A stretch of DNA of 64,000 bases, from NCBI GenBank assembly GCA_002269645.1, contig NIVC01001246.1, positions 1 through 64,000 of the forward strand. Direction: 5' to 3'. The DNA comes from Macrostomum lignano. Its lineage: Eukaryota. The first letter of the stretch is position 1. Each line of letters begins with the position of its first letter. Shown here piece by piece: positions 1-12,560 of this stretch. The position numbers were made by a program, and so were the translations under genes. The notes under the pieces were generated by a model. The model worked only from the letters and a program-made list of their open reading frames with translations, searched no databases and had not been told where the DNA came from.

Positions 1-43
1 AGCGTTTCAATCGCGTTTCAACCCAGGCAGCCTACCCATAATA

Positions 44-783
44 TACCTTTTCAAGCTGGACTTTGGCAAAAGTGACTTCAATTTTGGTAGCCTATAGAAA
101 AAGCATACGCCTGCCAGCAAAATGTCTATGGTCAACTGTGGTAGAATCGGTTAAAGCGTGCATTCAACTTTGGCAAAAGTGAGCGAATTTGGCAACACAA
201 TAAACTGAACGGAAAACGGTAACAAACGAATTCCAGTGCTCATGCACTCGCCGAACGTCCTTCAGCGTGATGTACAGAGTACAGTCCAGGCGACGGCTGA
301 TTGCCTGCACCGACACGCCAGGTGCGCCTGGAAGTTCGGCTTCCATCTTCTCCTTCATCTCCCTCAACGTTATGGTGGGCTTCTCTTCAACAAACCGAGT
401 CACAGCATTTAACATTGGTGGTGTAAATTTTGGCCTCACGGCTCCTCCTCGTTGCTTCAGCGCAACGCGATCTTCAGTGACAAACCTGTGGATAATTGTG
501 TCGGCCGTGGTTCTCTTTATGTCGAGGTCCTTCGCCAGTCGTCTCCAGTCTCTTCCTTCTTGGTAGCTGCGCACCAGCCGTTCTCGATCCTGCAGCGATA
601 TACGCGCGTTCGGCATCTTGTTCGGTTGAGTTGCCAAAATTCGCTCACTTTTGCCAAAGTTGAATGCACGCTTTAACCGATTCTACCACAGTTGACCATA
701 GACATGTTGCTGGCAGGCGTATGCTTTTTCTATGGGCTGCCAAAATTGAAGTCACTTTTGCCAAAGTCGAGCTTGAAAAGGTA
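44..783 (-). mobile_element. Non-autonomous IS630/Tc1/mariner-type DNA transposon (deletion derivative), ~153-bp TIRs, TA target duplication
   Basis: 44-196 and 630-783 are near-perfect inverted repeats beginning TACCTTTTCAAGC, flanked by TA at 42-43 and 784-785. Each TIR carries a 16-bp internal direct repeat ACTTTGGCAAAAGTGA (60-75, 167-182). The interior encodes a transposase N-terminus. Confidence 0.9.
197..616 (-). pseudogene. Truncated Tc1/IS630-like transposase, HTH DNA-binding region only
   Basis: ATG at 616 gives MPNARISLQDRERLVRSYQEGRDWRRLAKDLDIKRTTADTIIHRFVTEDRVALKQRGG...ITLKDVRR. This is collinear with the N-terminus of the full transposase at 1612-2670 and runs into the TIR before any DDE residue. 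Confidence 0.85.
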
Positions 784-964
784 TATAAACTCGTGCCCTC
801 TGTGGCTCTTTACTTCCTCGTCAAGTGTTTGTATGCGCAGCATGTCCCAGAATGACCATGGACAATTCCATGCCCATGCCCCTTTCCACGCTGCGTAGGT
901 GTCTAAAGCACAGTCAGTAACAGGTATAGATAGCAACCACGAGCTTCCAACAGACCGCTCACTC

Positions 965-1200
965 GTCGAGGCATTCCCGAACAAGGCGCCGCAGAAAGTA
1001 TTGTGGAAGCTGTTGCCATGCGACTGAAAGCGCATTGCGCAGCTGGACCACGTTCTAGGAGGATAGAGATTGTTGCACCGAATCGTGCGCTTCAGGAAAT
1101 CCCACACGTCGTCAATCGGGTTCATATCGAGTGATCTGGACGGCTAACGCAGAGTGCGCCAATCAGTCATTTAGCGGACTATCGTTGTCACCTGCGTGCA
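965..1200 (-). mobile_element. Degenerate C-terminal fragment of a classical Tc1 transposase
   Basis: Minus strand reads PSRSLDMNPIDDVWDFLKRTIR...VQLRNALSVAWQQLPQ (frameshifted), matching the Tc1 motif WPxxSPDLNPIExxWxxLKRxI. Confidence 0.7.
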
Positions 1201-1409
1201 GATGCCTCCAGTAAACCCCTGTACACTCGTTACTGTAACGTCTTTACACTTTTCTGCCCTTTTTGCTCATTTGTCTATGGCCCAAAACCAATTGGCGAAA
1301 TCATCGATCATGCTGCCCATGGACCCTTGGCGCAAGGGTGGACACTTGAATGTTGCTGAGTGTTTTTACTAATTGTGTAGCGAGCTACCTTACCAGTAAT
1401 CAATAAATA

Positions 1410-2828
1410 TTCCTTTTTACGTTCTATTTGATAAAAACTGCAACCAATTTGGCCACGGCTCAGCCTGACGCAGCCGCAGCAATTTTCCATAGACAGCCAC
1501 CGCTAGCGGCAACCAATTTGGTAAAAACTGCGAGCTATTTTGCCAGCTTGAAGATAGCAGCTCAATAGCATAACAATAACGATAAAGAATGTTAACAATA
1601 CATGCACGAAGTCAGAACATTATGTCCTCAGCATTCAAGCACCGATTGAAGTACGTCTGGGAATGGTTGATCCAGCGCAGGCACTTAAGAGGCGTGATGC
1701 AGTTCAGTGCTTGCTGCACTTCTCTCTTCAGAATGCGCATCCTGTGCTGATGCAGTGTCGCACCTGCTGCAGCAGCCAGTCCAGTATCTGCCACCTCGCG
1801 CTGAATGGCAGGTGATTGCAATTGCGTTTTCAGCTTGGCCTTCAGCGCTGAGCCTGCGTACTCCGCCGAGTTGATGAACGGCGAGTATGGAGGCAGGAAT
1901 CGGTGAGCATGACCTTCAGACATCCCAGAAACACCTAGGTGAGCGCGAGCCCCATCGGACAGTAGCACAAACTCCTCTTCCATCAGAACATCGATCTCAG
2001 AGAGGAATTCCATGAAGTGCTCGTTCTTAAAGCCTCCTTCGACGAGAGTGCTGTGAATCAGGCCGAGTTGCGAGATGGCCAGGCAGATGGTGAGATTCTG
2101 CCCACGCTGTCCGCTGACGACAGTCACAGCTGGGAGCCCCTTCGCTGAGCGGCCTTGAGTCCTCGCCGTCCAGATGTTCACCCCAAACTCGTCCATGAAG
2201 ATGGTGTTCACCTGGCTTCCCTCGTCCAGCATCCATTCAACGTGCATCCTTCGCGCCTCCTTTGTAACAGGCATGTTCCAGTTCACAGGTACCTGGCGCA
2301 GTAACTTCAGGGTGATGAGGCGACCATCCAGAGCACGACTGATAGTGGTCAGACTCACGTTGGCAGCGTCATTGTGTTGGTGCAGCAGGTGCTCTCTCAT
2401 TTGTTGCAGCGTCGCAGTAGGTTGACCTTCGACGAATTGAACAATGGTGTCCACCATAGCCTCCGTCAGCGCCATCCTCTTCACTCCTCCTTTTGGCAGA
2501 GTGCCAACTCTACCAGTTCGTTCATACGTGGTCACGATGTTCCTCACTGTCGGTTTCTTCATCCCCATCATTCTGCCAAGCTCTCCCCAGTCGTCGCCAC
2601 TCCTGTACGCTCTCACGATTCGCTCTCGATCCAGCTGACTTATCTTTTGGTATGGCCCACGATTCGCCATCAGAGCAGCTGCTATCTTCAAGCTGGCAAA
2701 ATAGCTCGCAGTTTTTACCAAATTGGTTGCCGCTAGCGTGGCTGTCTATGGAAAATTCTATGTCTATGGTCAGGCTGAGCCGTGGCCAAATTGGTTGCAG
2801 TTTTTATCAAATAGAACGTAAAAAGGTA
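1410..2828 (-). mobile_element. Full-length IS630/Tc1/mariner-type transposon, ~150-bp TIRs, TA target duplication
   Basis: TIRs at 1410-1561 and 2678-2828 (terminus T[A/T]CCTTTTTACG), with TA at 1408-09 and 2829-30. Encloses an uninterrupted transposase ORF. Confidence 0.92.
1612..2670 (-). CDS. DDE transposase (IS630/Tc1-like), 352 aa, D-D-30-E catalytic spacing
   Basis: ATG at 2670 (MANRGPYQKIS). Has an N-terminal HTH, then motifs FMDEFG (D1), LLSDGARAH (D2) and FLPPYSPFINSAE (E). No stops or frameshifts. Confidence 0.92.
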   Translation of the reverse strand: MANRGPYQKISQLDRERIVRAYRSGDDWGELGRMMGMKKPTVRNIVTTYERTGRVGTLPKGGVKRMALTEAMVDTIVQFVEGQPTATLQQMREHLLHQHNDAANVSLTTISRALDGRLITLKLLRQVPVNWNMPVTKEARRMHVEWMLDEGSQVNTIFMDEFGVNIWTARTQGRSAKGLPAVTVVSGQRGQNLTICLAISQLGLIHSTLVEGGFKNEHFMEFLSEIDVLMEEEFVLLSDGARAHLGVSGMSEGHAHRFLPPYSPFINSAEYAGSALKAKLKTQLQSPAIQREVADTGLAAAAGATLHQHRMRILKREVQQALNCITPLKCLRWINHSQTYFNRCLNAEDIMF

Positions 2829-3203
2829 TATTACAGTGATTATGGCTATATGAAGTGCAAACTGCCTGTTCAATACTCACTGATGAATGACTCATTCTCG
2901 GCTAATTCCCGTGAATCGATCAAACCCAGTCGGTGCTGCCGAGTCAAGAGCAGCCGGGCTGCACTGGAAAGGCGAAATGGCGCTGCTCTCCCATCACGGC
3001 ATCGGCGTACTCTGTCGAGTCAACGACGACTGGGCGAGCGATCGCCGCGGTCAGCGAATTGCGTCAGGCCACTTCCAGGTGATGTACATGTGTCCCGCCT
3101 ACTTGGATAATCCGAGGGTGCGCAGCGAGATGGCAACAATGCGAAGGAACCCTAAGCAGAGCAGCTGTCAGTTTGTGTAGTTTTTTATTCATTTATTTTT
3201 TTT

Positions 3204-4103
<900 letters not shown>

Positions 4104-4189
4104 ATCCGTTCATTCGTTTAGAAAAAAAACTGGAGTAGTTATCCTTTGTAACCATGGGCTACAAAATTCTAATCAATCGTCTTTCTCAG

Positions 4190-5365
4190 ACTACGCGTCT
4201 CCTAGCAAGATCAGGCTGCTCAAAGCCGAGTACGTTGTCTGCAAAGTTGACGGCCACCCCGCGCCGGAGGTGAAGTGGACCGTCTCCAGGCCCAAATCCG
4301 TCTGGATTCTCAACGAAACTCTGTTTGTGTCGAGCAACGCCAAGAGAGACGAGGTGAGGGCTTGCGAGTTAATAACGATGCTCGTATAAACTTCTTGGTG
4401 TTTTGGTTCACGTGTGCTACCCTGGGATCGGCTTTTAAAGTCCTTAGGCGTCCATGGATTGTTTGGGGCACCAGCGCTTTGGTAGCTCCAAAGCTACTGC
4501 AATGGGGCGCCAAAGCTACTGCCAAGGGGGCGCCAAAGCTACTGCCAAAGGGGCGCCAAAGCTACTGCAATGGGCGCCAAAGCTACTGCCAAAGGGGCGC
4601 CAAAGCTACTGCCAAAGGGGCGCCAAGCTACTGAAATGGGGCGCCAAAGCTACTGCCAAGGGGCGCCAAAGCTACTGCCAAGGGGGCGCCAAAGCTACTA
4701 CAAGGGGGCGCCAAAGCTACTGCAAGGGGGCGCCAAAGCTACTACAAGGGGGCGCCAAAGCTACTGCAAGGGGGCGCCAAGGTTACTGCAAGGGGGCGCC
4801 AAAGCTACTGCAAGGGGGCGCCAAGGTTACTGCAAGGGGGCGCCAAAGCTACTGCAAGGGGGCGCCAAGGTTACTGCAAGGGGGCGGCAAAGCTACTGCC
4901 AAGGGGGCGCCAAAGCTACTACAAGGGGCGCCAAGGTTACTGCAAGGGGGCGCCAAAGCTACTACAAGGGGCGCCAAGGTTACTGCAAGGGGGCGCCAAA
5001 GCTACTACAAGGGGCGCCAAGGTTACTGCAAGGGGGCGCCAAAGCTACTACAAGGGGCGCCAAGGTTACTGCAAGGGGGCGCCAAAGCTACTACAAGGGG
5101 GCGCCAAAGCTACTGCAAGGAGGCGCCAAAACTACTGCAAGGGGGGCGCCGAAGCTCCTGCAAGGGAGCGCCAAAGCTTCTACAAGATGGATCATGTGCT
5201 ATTTCAACGGTTAACTTACGGATATTTAAAAATTGACGAAATTTGCAGAGTATCTTTGCAACTTGTCACGCCACCAATCGGCAGTTGAATTTGTCCGACG
5301 CTGTCCAAGTAGAAATTCAAGTTAGCGCCGGCGCTGGGCGCAACTTTCAAGGCGTCGCCGCATCG
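4190..5365 (+). CDS. Partial immunoglobulin-superfamily gene: exons 4190-4353 and 5249-5365, possible upstream exon ~2930-3166
   Basis: AG/GT-bounded, phase-compatible exons give YASPSKIRLLKAEYVVCKVDGHPAPEVKWTV...KRDE|SIFATCHATNRQLNLSDAVQVEIQV. This contains the Ig B-strand CxxxGxPxPxVxW and the F-strand CxAxN. The upstream GC-rich segment (LHW...YMCPA) has a phase-1 donor at 3167 compatible with 4190. Confidence 0.65.
4490..5183. repeat. Degenerate ~21-23-bp GC-rich minisatellite (GGGGGCGCCAAAGCTACTGCAA), intronic
   Basis: About 30 visible units. Explains the repetitive ORFs at 4454-5236 and 4570-5214. Confidence 0.95.
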
Positions 5366-5667
5366 GTGAGTATGATGCTGCTGCTCAGAATGTGTCAGCC
5401 TGGCTTTTTTAATTGATTTCGATGAATCCGAAAAAAGTTAAAAAGTGTTTTTTTATTGTTGAGTTGATCCACGGAGCATTTTAGTTGATTCCAGACGTAG
5501 TTTCTTTGGATCAATGACTAGTTGATTAGTCCATTGTCCATTGTCCTGTTATTTTATTAGAAGTCGAGCTTGAAGTTTTTCTATATATAATTGCTTTTAT
5601 AAGTCAAGTTGATAAAAAGCCAGTCAGTTGAATGGCTTCATTAAAAATCATTCAAGCAAAGAAATCA

Positions 5668-6473
5668 TGCAGTTCTGTGGCCGGGCTTTGATTGGCTTTA
5701 TTATCTATGGCCGAGTGCAGTTCTGTGGCAGTGTGGCTTTGATTGGCTTTATTGTCTATGGCCGAGTGCAGTTCTGTGGCAGTGGCTTTGATTGGCTTTA
5801 TTGTCTATGGCCGAGTGCAGCTCTGTGGCAGTGGCTTTGATTGGCTTTATTGTCTATGGCCGAGTGCAGTTCTGTGGCAGTGGCTTTGATTGGCTTTATT
5901 GTCTATGGCCGAGTGCAGTTCTGTGGCAGTGGCTTTGATTGGCTTTATTGTCTATGGCCAAGTGCAGCTCTGTGGCAGTGGCTTTGATTGGCTTTATTGT
6001 CTATGGCCGAGTGCAGTTCTGTGGCAGTGGCTTTGATTGGCTCTATTGTCTATGGCCGAGTGCAGTTCTGTGGCAGTGGCTTTGATTGGCTTTATTGTCT
6101 ATGGCCGAGTGCAGCTCTGTGGCAGTGGCTTTGATTGGCTTTATTGTCTATGGCCGAGTGCAGTTCTGTGGCAGTGGCTTTGATTAGCTTTATTGTCTAT
6201 GGCCGAGTGCAGGTCTGTGGCAGTGTGGCTTTGATTGGCTTTATTGTCTATGGCCGAGTGCAGTTCTGTGGCAGTGGCTTTGATTGGCTTTATTGTCTAT
6301 GGCCGAGTGCAGTTCTGTGGCAGTGGCTTTGATTGGCTTTATTGTCTATGGCCGAGTGCAGTTCTGTGGCAGTGGCTTTGATTAGCTTTATTGTCTATGG
6401 CCGAGTGCAGTTCTGTGGCAGTGGCTTTGATTAGCTTTATTGTCTATGGCCGAGTGCAGTTCTGTGGCAGTGG
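5668..6473. repeat. 49-bp tandem satellite, ~16 copies
   Basis: Unit GCCGAGTGCAGTTCTGTGGCAGTGGCTTTGATTGGCTTTATTGTCTATG, nearly identical copies with no spacers. Confidence 0.97.
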
Positions 6474-7110
6474 TTCTTGACTTTATTGGCTTAGTTATCA
6501 ATATGGCTAACAAATGCAAAACAATGAACCAATGAAAATGCTACTTGGATCAACTACAATGAAATATTTTGTTGCTGTATTTATTTCTGCCCTCTAATGT
6601 ATTGTACTTTTAGCTTACTACCTAATGGAAAAAATATTTATTGTATTAAATAAACACTTATGACGAAAAACCAATCGACACTACTTGTTGTTTGAAACTA
6701 CGAAGGATATATACGAGTATATAAAATCCAGTTGTCTTCTTACTGTCTCAAATGTGCAATTAGGTACATGGAAGAATGGAAAGATGGTGTAGACAATGCA
6801 AAGTGAGAGAGGGAGAAAGAGCTAAAAGAGAAGGGAGAGGCTGAAAGAGAAGCGGAGGACGCATAATGATGTGCAGAAAATTTCTTTCCCTGTTAGCTAC
6901 TGCCAATGCTGTACGAGTACAATGTCAGTAGCGTGGCTTAATTACGTACATACCAAATGCTGCTCTGTTGCCATGCAGGTGAAGTACAGTCCTGTCCACA
7001 TTGCTAAAAAAATTCAAGTCTATCGCTTTCACAAGCTTTTATAATCTGTTAAACGTTGCAATTAAAATCGCTTTTCAAGTAGAGTCAATAGAAGCCTCGT
7101 CGGCAGAGAG

Positions 7111-10100
7111 ATGTTCAGTGTTAAAGCTAAAAAACTGTCGCCCCAGGTAAAAGACTGCTGCTCTGAGATTGAAAAAGCAACCAAGCTTCTAAAACAGTTG
7201 ACCAGTCCAGCAGCTCTAGAGAGCAATGATGCCGGGGCGTCTGACCTGTTCACTAGCGTTGCTCAACTCGCGTCAGTGTTTTCAACCAAACAAGTGGCCG
7301 AGAACCCGGATGTGACAATGGCAGTCAACGATTCCAATCTGCTCGCGATGTCTGTTGCTTACTAATTGCTGCTGTGGAAAGCGCGGATGAGGTGCCGAGT
7401 TCGAGCGCAAAAATATTTAACGGTATTGTTGGCAATGTCTGCCAGTGTCTGTTGGGCATCTTTCTAAACGCTACCAACTGGTCGTTGGACTTTTGTCGGC
7501 AGCTTAGCCAGCAGGAAAAGTACTTCAAGGAGTTTTATCCTCGACTACTATCTAGCCAGGATGCGAAGCAGCTGGACTCACGCACGGGACGTGGAAATGC
7601 CGTTTACTACACCATCGGAGCCGCGTTCAACGCGTACTTTAAAAACGACTCAGAGGTGTTCAGCCGATTGTCGGAGTTTGACTTGGTCAGCAGTACGAAG
7701 CCCTACCTGCAATGCGGCGATACCACGGTGTCTGTGAGTGATTAGATTAATTGGTATTTTAATAGTTCACTTCTCTTAAATATATTTCCCTTCTGTTTGT
7801 GTTGATGCACCTGCCGATGTAAAGATGGGTTAGTGTCTTAGTGCCTGTCTGATTGCCTGCATGTTTTAGTCCCTGTCATTATGTCTGTCTTAGTGCCTGT
7901 CTAACTGCCTGTATGTCTGTTCTAGAGCTTTTATGTCTATCTTAGTGCCTGTTTTAGTGTCTGCCTTAGTGTCTGTCATCGTGCTTGTCTGTCTTAGTCT
8001 TGCCTGTTTTAATGTCTTAGTACCTGTATTATTGACTGTCTTAGTGTGTGTATGTCTGTCTGCCTATCAACCTTTCAATCTCTACCTCGGTACTGAGCTA
8101 AAAGCTGACTGTCACAAATATGAATGGCAAGATAAATAGCCATGCTATTATAAAAACCAAATACCCCACCTCTCACAGACAGCTGCGCTAATCCTCATCG
8201 CATTCGCAGTAGATGAAAAGCAAAGCGACGTATTTCTTGGTGCCAAAGACAACATCGCCTTTCTAATTGAGAATCTGCGCAAGGCGCTCGGGTCACCAGA
8301 CAGAAGCTGGAGAGGCTACGATGTGATTGAAGTGGCTAAATGTGAGTTTTGCCAAGTAGTCAAAAGTTACCAAAATTAATAAAATTTACATTGGTCATTT
8401 TTTCATGCGCCTAGTTTACTTTACAATGAGCTTTTACTGCAGAAAATGGTGGAAAAATTCGTCATCTAACTTTTAACTGCTGCTTAATTCAACCAAGGCA
8501 TTCGGCGATTGGCCCTGAACGACTCGAACAAAGATCTTCTCATCGAACTGGACTTGTTGCCAACCGTAAAAAAGCTTCTCGACAGCTCGAACGACGAGGA
8601 CGTAGCCGAAGGCATCGAGATTCTGTTCACTCTCAGCTTTAGCAAGAAATTTCGTCAGAAGATTTGGAAAGAATTCCGAGAGGTCATCGGCTTGTTAGAG
8701 GTAATTATTGTTTAGTTGATATTTATATGCTTTTAGTGGTTCCAGACGTCCACGAGGATCTGCTCTGTTAGGGCAGTCCTACAGTCCCTGGCGCGAGCTG
8801 ATTTCCAGAAGGCGGAATTGTTCAGGCGGTGGTCGAGACGCACATTTAGTTGCTGACAGACGCACAAGACGAGAAAATTTCATCACCACGAGACCAGCAA
8901 GCAAGCCAATGCACACGCGTTGTCGTGATGGTTTCGACCTTTCAGCCCCCTTATGGGGAAAGCCTTCGGGCCCCAGGTCTCAGAAATAAATCAATTAGAG
9001 TCCTGGCCCCCACTCCTGTCAGATGGTCAGCCCCATGGTAGCTTGATCGTGTGGCGAGCAGTCTAGGTCCTATAGCTAAGAGAGGGACAGCGAGAGACAA
9101 GCAGGGAGAATTTTGAAGATAGAAATTAGTTAATCCGCAGATAAGCTAACTCGCTGCCACCAGCCCGTACGTCCTGGCTCACCACACCGGAACTTCGAAA
9201 TCGGGCTTCCGACTAGAAGGGGCTTTGCACTTACCTGCCAACTAGTGTCTTTTTGCTGTCAATCTCGAAGTCATAGCCGATGATAAGGGACACTGCTGGG
9301 ACTAGATCGCATTGGCCATGCAGGTACAGAGGGGACTTGTGCAGGGGATTCTTGCAGTGGCGAGACTATGGGGTAGCTACATACATGTACTATTACATTG
9401 CTAAATACGAAGAATTGTACTTTTGGCCTTCAACGCGCCAACTAGCCTCTCCTAGCGCTAATGATAGGCTAACTCGAACTTCAGAGACCGCATGATTCAT
9501 CACCCGAGCCGCTTGGCTAACCTGGAGTGCACAGAGTACATCTCTGGAGCCGATTCTGCACTATTGGCAATTTCGCAAACTGATTTGATAGATTGATCGA
9601 CTGAGAACTGCCTTGCCATTGGTCCACTGTGACCGGCGCCTACTAGCTTAGCTACTCATCTGAGCCATCGGCGAACAAAGAAATAAAACCGCTAAATATA
9701 ACTGCCAGATTTAACATGATGTTTAACAGATTTAACAAATGTCAGTCGTGATCGGGGATCAAGAGACGACGGTCGAGCTCCAGGAGGTCTAAGTTTGGCC
9801 AAGATCCCAGGAGAGGTGAGGTCCGAGCGGGCCAAAAACACTGGTTTAAATAGCCGCCAACTGGACCGCAATTTGTTATAATGGAACACGTCGATTGTGA
9901 TTGGCTGAGCCGATTTGTTAAAATGAGCGTCGAATTTTCTGATTGGCTAAGCTTGTTGCTACCCAGAATCACGTGACTGGGAGATCCTATCAGTTCCCTC
10001 GGGGTCATAAAAAGATGACAGGTGCGGCCATAAATCAATTAAAATCGCAACAAACTGATTTATGACTTTTCGCGTAGAATTGACAAAAATTAATGAAAAA

Positions 10101-12127
10101 ATATACATTAGAAAGCTTAAATAGAATGTGAAGATAATGAAGAGAAATCACTAATCGCTAATCCCAAAGTACTTTTAGGGGTAAAACGCATAGCTGTCAA
10201 AGCTGTCACACGCTTTAGTGAACACGAACAATAGGCTCTGACCTCATAAATCTTGATGGCCTGTCAAAATGATCAGAAAAAAGCTACCGCCCGCATCCTC
10301 TCAGACCATCTGGCGTCCGCCTCAACACTGAGTGAGGCGCAGGTGGCTGTCAGACCAGCTTCGAAAGCGATGATTTATGACCCAAAAAGCTGCGCCTATG
10401 TTATTATGACTACTAGTATGACCAAACATTATATCTAGTATAGATTCTATGACAATTCGCAGAAAAAGGATAAAAATGCCCATTGCCCACTGTTAGTAGG
10501 CTGATAAGTTTAGAGCCCATGTGCTAGCGCGGGATTTGGAAAAAGTGCGTCCTCATCAGTCGTATCGCACTTCACTCCATAGCCGGTGCATAGAGGTGTT
10601 GCTGCTGACGCTGCAGGCACAGGATCTTTGAGGGCAGGTGGACACAAGTCATTTCGTTGCTCAGATTCCGTCAGCCGCGTGGCCTAAGTTCAACATTGTG
10701 ACAGCGTACTTGGGGGTTGCAAACGTTTGCTTTATCCCCTCCAATGCTTTCTATTTTCAGGTCAGTCCAAAGTGGAGCAGCTCCAAGCAGCTGCAGGGCC
10801 TCGTCTTTCAGCTGCAGGACGCCTCTGAGAGACCCGGCAGTGCCGCATCAACCGCTTCAGCTTCCGCTGGCCGAAAAAAGTCCAAAAAGTCCTCACGACG
10901 GGTGATGATCAGTTATAACCACGGCAGCAAGGCGGCTGTTGAACGACTTTACAACCTGCTCACGGAGGCTCAGGTAGACATCTGGGTCGATTTCAAAGAC
11001 ATGAAGAGTGGCTCGGTGTATCAGGCGATGGCGAATGGAATTGAAGGCTCAAGTGTTGTGCTCATGTGCATCACCCGGTTGTACAACGAGAGCAACAACT
11101 GTCGATTGGGTATGTTGAAAACGATGGCAGATTTTTCAAGGTTTACAACGGTACAACGTATATAACAAAGTGAATTTTTTGCCTCGTAAAATACGTAAGC
11201 GTTTACCACAGGTAACACAGGGCCGCTAAATAGAATGATACCACACTTCATTTAAGCACATCCTTTTACAATATTTTCACGCTTTGATTTGTACTTCAAC
11301 GATGAATTTGTAGTAATTCGCTCTAAATATTCATAGAGGCTAACCAGTAAGAGAAGTACATGCAGTTATAACAAATTTGAAACCGGGTTGCTTTCATAAG
11401 ACCGAAATTTTACATCGCAGAATACTTTCTATAATAAGGACCATGCCATCTCGGTATTGGGACCTTGATCCCGTCCTACCTCTACTCATAGACCTGTACT
11501 ATTTTGACGCATCTAATCTATTGACGTAGAATGCTCTAATTGTTCTCAGAGGTGGAGTACGCGCACGAGTGCGGCAAGAAGCTCATCCCGCTGCTGCTGG
11601 AGCCCAAGTACCGGACCAATGGTTGGCTCGGCTTTCTGACTCTAGCTGAGCTGCGCTACGACCTCACTGAGACAAAGTGCTCATTTGAGAGCAAAGTACA
11701 AGAGCTGCTGGTGGCGCTGCAGAGCCACTTCAACCAGTTGGACAGCGGCGTGACGTGTCGGTCGGGTTCGGCTGTCGGCAGTCAGCGTCGGGGGCACGAA
11801 ACGCCGTCGCAGCCGCCGGTGCTGCCTCCGATTGTGTCGCAGCAGCAGCATCAGCAACTGCAACTGCAGCAATCAACCCGTCGATTGGCCTCTTCAGTTC
11901 GAGCATGGGACGCCGAGAAGGTCACCGCCTGGTGCCGGGAACACGGACTGCCAGCGGAAATCACCGAACGCGGAATGTCCGGCTTAGAGCTGCAGTTTCT
12001 GGCCCGCACTCTGGCCCGCTCGCCCGAGTACTTCGGTCGAGTTCTCGAACGGCACTTCGGTTTGAGCAAACTGCTAGATTTGGCCGCCTTTGTAACGGCG
12101 ATCGAGGAATTACAGGACTGCGAGTAA
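7111..12127 (+). CDS. ARM-repeat / TIR (TIR_2-type) / SAM-like domain protein; exons ~7111-7733 (1-bp frameshift near 7362), 8179-8341, 8498-8700, 10761-11109, 11550-12127
   Basis: All junctions are GT-AG and in phase. ARM-like segments include IRRLALNDSNKDLL and EGIEILFTLSF. TIR motifs: RRVMISYNHGSK, DIWVDFKDM, AMANGIEGSSVVLMCIT, NCRL|EVEYA, LIPLLLE..Y...GWLG. C-terminal VRAWDAEKVTAWC...MSGLEL is SAM-like. Confidence 0.85.
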
Positions 12128-12339
12128 TGCTGTTTAACGTCACCAACTGCTTCAAATTTCTGTCTTCATCTTTTTAAAAATACCAAAGTACGTGCAGACC
12201 TTTTTATCCGAATGAGAGGTATATTTTTTGCGATTATATTTGCGTAGGTTTTATTGCGTAGGTTATGAAAGCATTCTATGTAATAAATATATTTACTTAA
12301 GCAAAAGTAGCTAAGTTACGGTACGGTTAAACACATACT

Positions 12340-12560
12340 AGCTGCGCGCCGCCTTCAAGATCGGCTACGAACGAATGACCCACGCGCCATTGTATCATCG
12401 CGCCGGCCTGGTCCGCCCAAGCGACGTGTTGCGCCCTCGGCGACTCCAGCTCGCAGGCCATATCATCCGCGCCGAGACATACTGCCCACAACCGGTGCAG
12501 AAGATGCTGCTGCTGACGCTGCAGGTACCCTACCGGCGGGAGAGGCCTGCACTCGGCGTT
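12340..12560 (+). mobile_element. 3' fragment of an RTE-like non-LTR retrotransposon ORF2 (second short fragment at ~10575-10635)
   Basis: LYHRAGLVRPSDVLRPRRLQLAGHIIR..CPQPVQKMLLLTLQ resembles the RTE C-terminal RRLxLAGHxxR motif. The DNA GCTGCTGCTGACGCTGCAGG-like core recurs at ~10600. Confidence 0.6.

Noticed and set aside
4454-5236. 260-aa and 214-aa repetitive ORFs
   Set aside because: They lie in an intronic minisatellite, and variable unit length shuffles the frames.
5668-6473. CRISPR-like regular array (also 36770-37140 and 62132-62280)
   Set aside because: Head-to-tail repeats with no unique spacers, no cas genes, and a eukaryotic context.
9140-9500. Minus-strand GYDFEI suggesting Gypsy RNase H in the TIR-gene intron
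   Set aside because: Flanking motifs (TDHKPL, ADxLSR) were not found, so it is too degenerate to call.
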